Virus record (IMG/VR): IMGVR_UViG_3300029435_000010
Location: 1-46,136 of that record
Strand: one strand, 5' to 3'
Length of the DNA stretch: 46,136 nt
Source: a virus
The position numbers and the translations under genes are program-made. Position 1 is the stretch's first letter, and each line of letters begins with the position of its first letter. Of this stretch, positions 39,790 to 46,136 are shown piece by piece. The notes beneath the pieces were generated by a model that was given only the letters and a program-made list of their open reading frames with translations, searched no databases and had not been told where the DNA came from.

Positions 39790-40227
39790 ATGGCTAAGGA
39801 AAGCTACACGCTGGCTCACGTCAGCATCACCTATGCGCCCTTCGGCGCGGCGTCTTTTGACTGCAAGAACGGCATCGCCGAGAGCGGCTGCACGATCGCC
39901 ATGTCTGAAGACTTTGGCGAGCGCGTCAAGGGTGGAGACGGCTCCTCCATGTGGACGGAGTACTGCTCGCAGGACGGCACGATCACGCTCAACGTGAACC
40001 CGTACAGCCCTGCCTACGCCTTCTTCGTCGCCCTGCAGAACGCTCAGCGTATGAGCGGCACGAAGGGGCGAGACACGATGACGATCCTCAACCGCGATCT
40101 CAATGAGATGATCAGCTGCGCTCAGTGCGCGATCCAGTCGATCAGCGGCGAGACCTACGATAAGAGCGGCGCGACCGTTCGCGTCGTGACGATCAACTCT
40201 GGCACGATCACGAGGATGTCAGCCTGA
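39790..40227 (+). CDS. Tail tube protein (DUF3277-type)
   Basis: 145 aa with a strong RBS, directly after the sheath gene. Confidence 0.7.
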   Translation: MAKESYTLAHVSITYAPFGAASFDCKNGIAESGCTIAMSEDFGERVKGGDGSSMWTEYCSQDGTITLNVNPYSPAYAFFVALQNAQRMSGTKGRDTMTILNRDLNEMISCAQCAIQSISGETYDKSGATVRVVTINSGTITRMSA

Positions 40228-40667
40228 TGAACTACAAAGACATTCAGATTAACGGGGTCACCTTGCGACTCTTTAAGATGTCGCCCTTCGACCAGTACGA
40301 CATAATCAACACCTTGATCCCGAGCCTGTCTGGCGTGCTGCGTGCAGTGGCGAGCATGAGAAAGGGGGCGGGAATCGCGGTCGATAACGCAGAAGGCCTC
40401 GCGCTCGCGGTTGACGAGTTCCTTGCCAAGGTCTCGCCGGAGCAGCGCCGAGATTTGCTCTTTCGTCATCTTCTCTCGCCCGAGTCCGTGAAGATCGTTG
40501 TGAACGGCTCTGAACTGCCGCTCATCAGCGACACTGGCACGGCGAAGACTGTGATGAACGAACAGCTCAACGACATCACGTACCTCCTGCAGATCGGCGC
40601 TGAGGTCTTGAAGTTCAACTTTGAGCGTTTTTTCGCGTTCGGAAAGAGCACCCTTTCCCGAAAGTAA
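40227..40667 (+). CDS. Tail assembly chaperone (zero-frame product)
   Basis: 146 aa between the tube and tape-measure genes. Contains a slippery heptamer near its 3' end. Confidence 0.7.
   Translation: MNYKDIQINGVTLRLFKMSPFDQYDIINTLIPSLSGVLRAVASMRKGAGIAVDNAEGLALAVDEFLAKVSPEQRRDLLFRHLLSPESVKIVVNGSELPLISDTGTAKTVMNEQLNDITYLLQIGAEVLKFNFERFFAFGKSTLSRK
40628..40634 (+). promoter_or_regulatory. Candidate -1 programmed frameshift site T_TTT_TTC
   Basis: X_XXY_YYZ heptamer in the zero frame (cgT TTT TTC). A bulged 9-bp hairpin lies at 40638..40662. The -1 frame stays open to 40879. Confidence 0.6.
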
Positions 40668-40879
40668 GGCGCGATCAGCGAGTGGAGAGCGCGGGGCTTC
40701 TGGAGCTTCCGCGCTCTTTTTGCATGACCCCGGTCATGCGTGGCTTCATCAGCTACGCAGACCTCGTCGAGAAGCGGGTCGACCTTGCTGACCTGTGGCT
40801 CATCAACGTCTCAATCCGGATCACGGACGAGAACCAACGACGACTCATGGAGGTCATGAAGCATGATCGAAACGCTTAA
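40634..40879 (+). CDS. -1 frame extension of the tail assembly chaperone (frameshift product C-terminus)
   Basis: The -1 frame has no stop from the slippery site through the ORF annotated at 40682..40879. It ends inside the tape-measure start region. Confidence 0.55.
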   Translation, partial: RVRKEHPFPKVRRDQRVESAGLLELPRSFCMTPVMRGFISYADLVEKRVDLADLWLINVSIRITDENQRRLMEVMKHDRNA

Positions 40880-42548
40880 GGAGTTCGCGCTCAAGCTGAC
40901 CGCGATGGTCGACAAGCCGGCTCTCAATGAGATGACAGATGCGGTCGACACCACGGCCGCTTCGATCTCGGACTTCGCCCAGAAAGCAATTGGAGTGCTG
41001 ACTGCAGGTGCGTTCGCGATGGCAGTTCAGGACACAGTCAACCGCTTCAACGGTTTGGCGGACGCGGCCGCACGAATGGGCAACATCACGGCGAAAGAGC
41101 TCGATCGTCTGGGGTACATTGCAGACCACACTGGATCGAGCGCGGACGTAGCGTCAGCTTCCTTCGAGAATCTATCGAAGATGATCGGCGAGGCCGCGAA
41201 CGGCGTCGGCGGCGGCGCAGAGCTTTTCACGAAGTACGGGCTCTCCGCGAAGAACGCAGACGGATCGATCAAGAGCGTGACGCAAGTCCTTGACGAACTC
41301 AAGGCCAAGATGTCGAAGCTCTCGCAGTCGCAGAAGGCGGCGATCCTGCAGCAGATGGGTATGGACAAGACGCTCGTCGACATGGTGAGCACTGACACCC
41401 AGGCGCTTGCATACGAGTACGACAAACGCACTCAGCTGCTCGGTGTCAATGCTGACGAGATGGGAGAGCTGTCCGCGGACTTCAACGACAACCTCGGCAA
41501 GATGACGCGGAGTTTCTCCGACGTCATGACGGCCGTTGTCGTGCGCATCCTGCCGCCGCTGACGGACGCGTTCAAGACCGTCACGAGGTGGATTACGGAA
41601 TCGGGCGACAAGATCGTCAAGATCATCGAGCCCTTCACCGCCGTCATCCGCGTGATGGTGCGCCTTATCAACGGCGCGCTCGTCGCAGTTGGTTCCTTCA
41701 TCGACATCGTCGGCGGCCTACCAGGTTACCTCGCCCTTGCGACTGTGGCGTGGAAGGCGCTGAATGTTGTGATGAATGCGTCGCCAATGGTGAAAGCTGC
41801 CTCGCTCATTGCGGGCGTCGTAAGCGCGATAGGGCTTCTGATCGACGACTTCAAGGTGGCAAAAGCGGGCGGCGAGAGCTTCTTCCAGTTCTGGAACGAG
41901 CCGTGGTTCGACAGATTCCTAAAGGGGGCGGAAGGCGTCATCAGCTTCTTCGGAAACCTGGAGAATCTCCTTCTCTCCTTTGGCGGGACGCTCTCCGGGG
42001 TGGTGGTTGGGATTTTCACGGGAGACTTCGCTCTGCTCGAAGAGCAGGGACGGGCATTCTTCGATGCCTTTAAGGGCATGTGGGAGGGCTTCAGAGACTT
42101 CGTCTGGGGCATCTTCGACGGCCTCGCAGGAGCGCTCGAGTACGCCTTCCAGAAGTTCTTCCCTGATGCTCATGAGACAGTCACGGCTTTCGGTGACGCG
42201 ATTTCGAGCGCTGCCAATACCTTGCTCAAGGCGATCTCCGACCTTTTCGACAAAGGGCTCGGAGAGCTTGGTGACAAGGTCTTGGGCTGGGTTGCTGGCA
42301 TAGGCGGAAAGATCTCTGGCGCGATCGGGGGAGTCAAGAGCTTCCTCGGGTTGGGGGACGATGAAAAGGGCGGGGTGCTAACGCCTGACAGTGCCACAGT
42401 TGCCGCGATTGCGCCGACGACATATGCGCAACAGAGCACGATGACCAACATCAACAACACGGTGAACCAGACGTTCAACGTTAAGAGCCGTGAAGAGGCA
42501 GGCTTCCTCGCGACGAAGACACCTCGCCTGATGGGAGGTGCAGCATGA
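40863..42548 (+). CDS. Tail tape measure protein
   Basis: 561 aa, Ala/Gly/Leu-rich with helical and hydrophobic segments. Canonical position after the chaperone. Confidence 0.8.
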   Translation: MIETLKEFALKLTAMVDKPALNEMTDAVDTTAASISDFAQKAIGVLTAGAFAMAVQDTVNRFNGLADAAARMGNITAKELDRLGYIADHTGSSADVASASFENLSKMIGEAANGVGGGAELFTKYGLSAKNADGSIKSVTQVLDELKAKMSKLSQSQKAAILQQMGMDKTLVDMVSTDTQALAYEYDKRTQLLGVNADEMGELSADFNDNLGKMTRSFSDVMTAVVVRILPPLTDAFKTVTRWITESGDKIVKIIEPFTAVIRVMVRLINGALVAVGSFIDIVGGLPGYLALATVAWKALNVVMNASPMVKAASLIAGVVSAIGLLIDDFKVAKAGGESFFQFWNEPWFDRFLKGAEGVISFFGNLENLLLSFGGTLSGVVVGIFTGDFALLEEQGRAFFDAFKGMWEGFRDFVWGIFDGLAGALEYAFQKFFPDAHETVTAFGDAISSAANTLLKAISDLFDKGLGELGDKVLGWVAGIGGKISGAIGGVKSFLGLGDDEKGGVLTPDSATVAAIAPTTYAQQSTMTNINNTVNQTFNVKSREEAGFLATKTPRLMGGAA

Positions 42549-43123
42549 GCTTCTTTGAAAACCAGATTGTCGGTATTGCCGGCACGCTGATCGGGAAGAT
42601 GCTCACGATCAGCCCCTCCCGATCATTTGCTGGCTTCAGCGAGTTCTGCTCCATCACCGAAGTACACAACGCCGCTGTGCAGGCGACGCAGTATCCAATC
42701 GAAGACGGGACGCAAGGGACGGATCACATCGTCCGCCTCCCTGATGTCTTGCAGTGGGAAGTCGTCTTTGAAGAGCGTTCGAATCCGCGTCAGACCTACG
42801 ATCGCCTGCGCAAGCTGATGATCTCTGGCGAGCCGTTCAAGGCTGAGACGGGGCTCAAGTCCTACACGAACTTGATTCTCCTCTCGATCTCCGCCTCGCA
42901 GGACGTGCATACTGGACGTATCCTGCGGTGCACCCTATCACTGCAGGAGATCATCATCACGAGCGCTGTGGCGACCGCCTTGCCGCCTCGAGCGAGGCAG
43001 GCTCTGGCGAACCAGACGGGGTCGACAGCGAAGACGGGCAGCAAGAGCCTCGGAGAAGCAAGCCCGAAGCAAAAGTCCGATTTGGATCACATAGCCGAGG
43101 ACGTAAGAGGATTCTTCCGATGA
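42545..43123 (+). CDS. Tail/baseplate assembly protein
   Basis: 192 aa directly after the tape measure gene. Function assigned by synteny only. Confidence 0.5.
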   Translation: MSFFENQIVGIAGTLIGKMLTISPSRSFAGFSEFCSITEVHNAAVQATQYPIEDGTQGTDHIVRLPDVLQWEVVFEERSNPRQTYDRLRKLMISGEPFKAETGLKSYTNLILLSISASQDVHTGRILRCTLSLQEIIITSAVATALPPRARQALANQTGSTAKTGSKSLGEASPKQKSDLDHIAEDVRGFFR

Positions 43124-43437
43124 GTTCAATTTATCGAGTTCCGCTCAACCCTTTTGCAGAGCAGTTCCAGATCGAGATCAACGGAACTAACTACCTCATC
43201 CGGACCCATTGGAATGAGGCGATCAAGCGATGGACGCTTGATCTTGGCACTAGTGGAGAGCATTGGCTCATCTGCAATATGGCCATGGTCGCGGGCGTTG
43301 ATCTGCTCGCCCAGCACGCGCATCTTGGCCTCGGATTCAAGATGCTCGTGCAAGTCGACGGGGACTCGGCGGCCGACGTCGGAGCCGAGGGCTTTGGCGA
43401 CGGATCTGAGCTCTTCGTCGTCATAGAGGATGCGTGA
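43120..43437 (+). CDS. Tail/baseplate protein
   Basis: ATG 43120 (MSSIYRVPLNPF) forms an ATGA overlap with the upstream stop. Confidence 0.5.
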   Translation: MSSIYRVPLNPFAEQFQIEINGTNYLIRTHWNEAIKRWTLDLGTSGEHWLICNMAMVAGVDLLAQHAHLGLGFKMLVQVDGDSAADVGAEGFGDGSELFVVIEDA

Positions 43438-44282
43438 TGAGAAACTACGGACGAAAGATCGGGCTTCTCATCGCGGGCAGCTCTGGTGATGCGATCGATC
43501 TCTCGGGATTTCGCGTCGTCTTCTCTGTCGAAAAGACGGCTGCCGAGCAGCCGAACAAAGCGAAGATCGAGATCTGGAATCTGTCTGATACGACGGCTTC
43601 TATGCTCCTCACGGGCAAGATGACGCGCATCGTCCTGCAGGCCGGCTACGTCGACAACTCGGCAGTGCTCTTCGACGGGAACATCATCGCCGCCAAGCGC
43701 ATCCGACAGGGGACTGACGTGATCGTCTCGATTGATGCGGGCGACGGCGATAAGTCGTACAGCTTCGCGGTCGTTCAGCAATCGATCGCGTCAGGATACT
43801 CCAGCGCAGACGTCGCCAAGGCCTCGGTCACCGAGCTTCAGGCGAAGGGCGCACGAGGCGCAAGCGTCGACGCCATCAAGGCCGAAACCAAGTTCCCGAG
43901 AGGTCGCGTCATGTTCGGTGCAGCTCGCAAGTTCGCACGCGAAGTTGCGAAGACGACAGAATGCCAGTGGTCGATTCAGGACGGGCAAGTCGTCTTCTGC
44001 AAGGTAAAGTCCGCGACCGAGGGTGCGCAGGCTTTCCTGCTCTCGCCATCGAGTGGCTTGGTCGGAGCGCCAACGGTGGACAAAGACGGCGTCAAAGCTG
44101 CCTGCTGTCTCAATCCTCAGCTCCACATCTACGACCCGATTCAAATTCACAGCGAGTTTGTCGACGGCACCTACAAGATCCTGACAGTCAAGCACTCGGG
44201 CGATACGCACGGGAACACTTGGACGACAGAGATCTCCGGGACGCTGCTCGATGCCTCCACATCGGAGACAACGCAGACATGA
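43437..44282 (+). CDS. Baseplate hub-like protein
   Basis: About 281 aa (GTG 43434 is an alternative start). Lies before the spike gene. Confidence 0.5.
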   Translation: MRNYGRKIGLLIAGSSGDAIDLSGFRVVFSVEKTAAEQPNKAKIEIWNLSDTTASMLLTGKMTRIVLQAGYVDNSAVLFDGNIIAAKRIRQGTDVIVSIDAGDGDKSYSFAVVQQSIASGYSSADVAKASVTELQAKGARGASVDAIKAETKFPRGRVMFGAARKFAREVAKTTECQWSIQDGQVVFCKVKSATEGAQAFLLSPSSGLVGAPTVDKDGVKAACCLNPQLHIYDPIQIHSEFVDGTYKILTVKHSGDTHGNTWTTEISGTLLDASTSETTQT

Positions 44283-45076
44283 GACAGGATGAACGCATCG
44301 CCTCGCAAGAGGAGATCGACGAGAAGCGCGGCGAGGACATCGCTTCGCAGATTCGATGCGCCATGCCGGCGATCGTCACGAAGGTGAACCTCGAGGCGCA
44401 GACTGTCGAGGTCAAGCTGGCGCTGCAGGGCAAGGTCGGAGACGAGGACGGCGGCATCAGCTTCGTCCAGTATCCAATTCTTCCCGATGTGCCGATCGTA
44501 TGGCCGCGTGCCGGAGGCTTCGCTCTGACCTTCCCTGTGAAAGTCGGAGACGAATGCCTCGTCGTATTTGCTGACCGTTGCATCGACGCGTGGTGGCAGT
44601 CCGGCGGCGTGCAGAAGCCTATGGATGAGCGGATGCACGACCTCTCGGATGCCTTTGCCATCTTCGGGACGACGAGTCAACCGAAGCGCCTGCCGTCCGT
44701 CAAGAACAACGCAGTCGAGCTTCGAGACGACGATCGAGCAAACTGGATCAGCCTTCGACAAGGCTCACTCGATATCAACATCGAGGGGGAGACCACGGTT
44801 CACTGCGCCGATGCCACAGTCAATGTCGACGGACAGACGACGCTCAACTGTCCGACAAACACGATCAATGGGGACGTCCTCATTAACGGTCAGTTGAGCG
44901 TCTCGAAGACGATCATCGGTCAGGGCGGCTTCGTCATCTCCGGAGGCTCCGGCGCGACCTGCACGGTCACGGGGTCGATCGAAACGACGGGCGATGTGAC
45001 GGCGGGCGGCATCAGCCTGCAGGGGCACGTCCACACTGAACAGGGCGACGGCAAGGATACGTCCGCCGCCAAATAG
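44279..45076 (+). CDS. Baseplate central spike protein (Mu gp45 / P2 gpV-like)
   Basis: ATG 44279 forms an ATGA overlap. OB-fold-like N-terminus (AIVTKVNLEAQTVEVKL, VGDECLVVFADR) and a beta-helical C-terminus with repeated V/I-x-G motifs. Confidence 0.7.
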   Translation: MRQDERIASQEEIDEKRGEDIASQIRCAMPAIVTKVNLEAQTVEVKLALQGKVGDEDGGISFVQYPILPDVPIVWPRAGGFALTFPVKVGDECLVVFADRCIDAWWQSGGVQKPMDERMHDLSDAFAIFGTTSQPKRLPSVKNNAVELRDDDRANWISLRQGSLDINIEGETTVHCADATVNVDGQTTLNCPTNTINGDVLINGQLSVSKTIIGQGGFVISGGSGATCTVTGSIETTGDVTAGGISLQGHVHTEQGDGKDTSAAK

Positions 45077-45085
45077 GGAGGCGTC

Positions 45086-45430
45086 ATGCGCTACCGAAAA
45101 CTCGATGCGGAAGGCGATATGGTCTTCGGTCACGGTCGGGACGACTACCTGAGCGAGACCGAGGCGGTCGCTCAGTCAGTGCTCACGCGCCTGCGCTTGT
45201 GGAAGTCCGAGTGGTATCTGGACACGGAAGAAGGGACGCCGTACATGACCGACGTGCTCGGCAAGGGTACGGAGTCGTCATCGGTTGCCGCCCTTCAGTC
45301 ACGCGTCCTCGATACGCCTGGAGTGCGCAGCATCCTCGAAATTCATGCAACTCAGGATCCCGAGACGCGACAGGCGAGCTTCTCAATGACGCTCGACACC
45401 ATCTACGGAGAGGTCACAGTCAATGGCTAA
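45086..45430 (+). CDS. Baseplate wedge protein (gp25/W-like position)
   Basis: 114 aa between the spike and baseplate-J genes. Confidence 0.55.
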   Translation: MRYRKLDAEGDMVFGHGRDDYLSETEAVAQSVLTRLRLWKSEWYLDTEEGTPYMTDVLGKGTESSSVAALQSRVLDTPGVRSILEIHATQDPETRQASFSMTLDTIYGEVTVNG

Positions 45431-46136
45431 GAAACTGGAAGAGCTCGCCTACATCGACAAGGCGGGCTTTCATATTGCAGACTTCGAGGACTTCCTCGAG
45501 TACCACAGAGACGCGATGCGACGAATCTACGGATCTGACATCAACCTCGACGCGGACTCTCAGGATGGTCAGTTGGTTGCACACATCGCGCAGAGTCAAT
45601 ATGACATGGGCGTGCTTTGCGCGGCGGTCTTCAACGCCTACAGTCCATCAAGTGCTGTCGGCGAGAGTTTGTCCCGTCAGGTGAAGATCAATGGGATCAA
45701 GCGCCAGGCGTCAACGAACGGAAAGGTAGACTTGAAGATCATCGGCAAGGCCGGCACGGGCATTAAGAACGGTCGCGTTAGAGATGACGCTGACCGCCTG
45801 TGGATCCTCCCCGATCTCGTGACAATCCCGACTGGTGGCGAGATCGTTGTGACTGCCACATCTGAAGAGCCGGGCGACATCCGAGCAGCATCCGGATCTG
45901 TCTCGCGCATTGCGACGCCGACCGAAGGATGGTACTCGGTGACGAACGAGGCCGAGGCTACACCGGGTGTCGACGTCGAATCCGATGCGGCGCTACGTAG
46001 ACGTCAGACCGTATCGACGGCCATGCCGTCGCAGACGGTACTTAAGGGAATCCTCGGCGAGATCCGAAACGTCGAAGGTGTGACGCGAGCAAAGATCTAC
46101 GACAACGACACGAGCGAGCCTGACAAGAACGGGATC
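45423..46136 (+). CDS. Baseplate J-like protein, N-terminal part (open at the window end, continues at 1..600)
   Basis: Hand translation from ATG 45423 (MAKKLEELAYIDKAGFHIADFEDFLEYHRDAMRRIYG...) shows no stop to the window end. It is missing from the ORF track because it lacks a stop in the window. Confidence 0.8.
   Translation, partial: MAKKLEELAYIDKAGFHIADFEDFLEYHRDAMRRIYGSDINLDADSQDGQLVAHIAQSQYDMGVLCAAVFNAYSPSSAVGESLSRQVKINGIKRQASTNGKVDLKIIGKAGTGIKNGRVRDDADRLWILPDLVTIPTGGEIVVTATSEEPGDIRAASGSVSRIATPTEGWYSVTNEAEATPGVDVESDAALRRRQTVSTAMPSQTVLKGILGEIRNVEGVTRAKIYDNDTSEPDKNGI
46014..46136. repeat. Terminal overlap copy 2 (identical to 1..123)
   Basis: Same comparison as for copy 1. Confidence 0.95.

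Larger units (their letters stand above)
1..46136. mobile_element. Complete temperate myovirus-type phage genome, circularly closed contig (unit 46013 bp)
   Basis: Full set of packaging, head, sheath/tube, baseplate, fibre, lysis, integrase, repressor and replication genes. The ends overlap by 123 identical nt. Confidence 0.85.

Overview
The window is a complete, circularly closed genome of a temperate contractile-tailed phage or prophage. The unit length is 46,013 bp, because nt 1..123 are repeated exactly at 46014..46136 and the baseplate-J gene reads across that junction. Plus-strand modules: baseplate and tail-fibre genes (45423..wrap..9351), lysis (9368..11373), cro-like/replication/nin-like genes (24730..29392), and packaging, head and tail genes (30114..45430). 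Minus-strand modules: integrase with a candidate attP and a Xis-like gene (11558..13345), a long early-left operon carrying dUTPase, a BRO-N antirepressor, SSB, a Sak4-like ATPase and several terminator-bracketed morons (13342..23436), and a CI/LexA-type repressor (23955..24623). The standout is a shufflon-like multiple-inversion system at 2219..3958. The short tail-collar fibre gene (1913..2440) is followed by seven promoterless, start-less alternative C-terminal cassettes arranged as four tail-to-tail pairs. Eight copies of a 14-bp core (CCGAACATCACGGG and variants, encoding PNI[T/S]G) bound them in alternating orientation. A second P4-type tyrosine recombinase (4051..5193) lies immediately downstream, and no serine invertase is present in the window. 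Other notable items: a -1 frameshift site in the tail chaperone, origin iterons inside the replication gene, a dUTPase C-terminal remnant, a RelE/HigB-type TA moron, a PemK-like moron, a small acidic protein ending in an SSB-like DDEIPF tip, and a structured leader with an opposing terminator upstream of the antirepressor. All functional calls rest on motifs read by eye in the translations and on synteny. No database search or computation was run.
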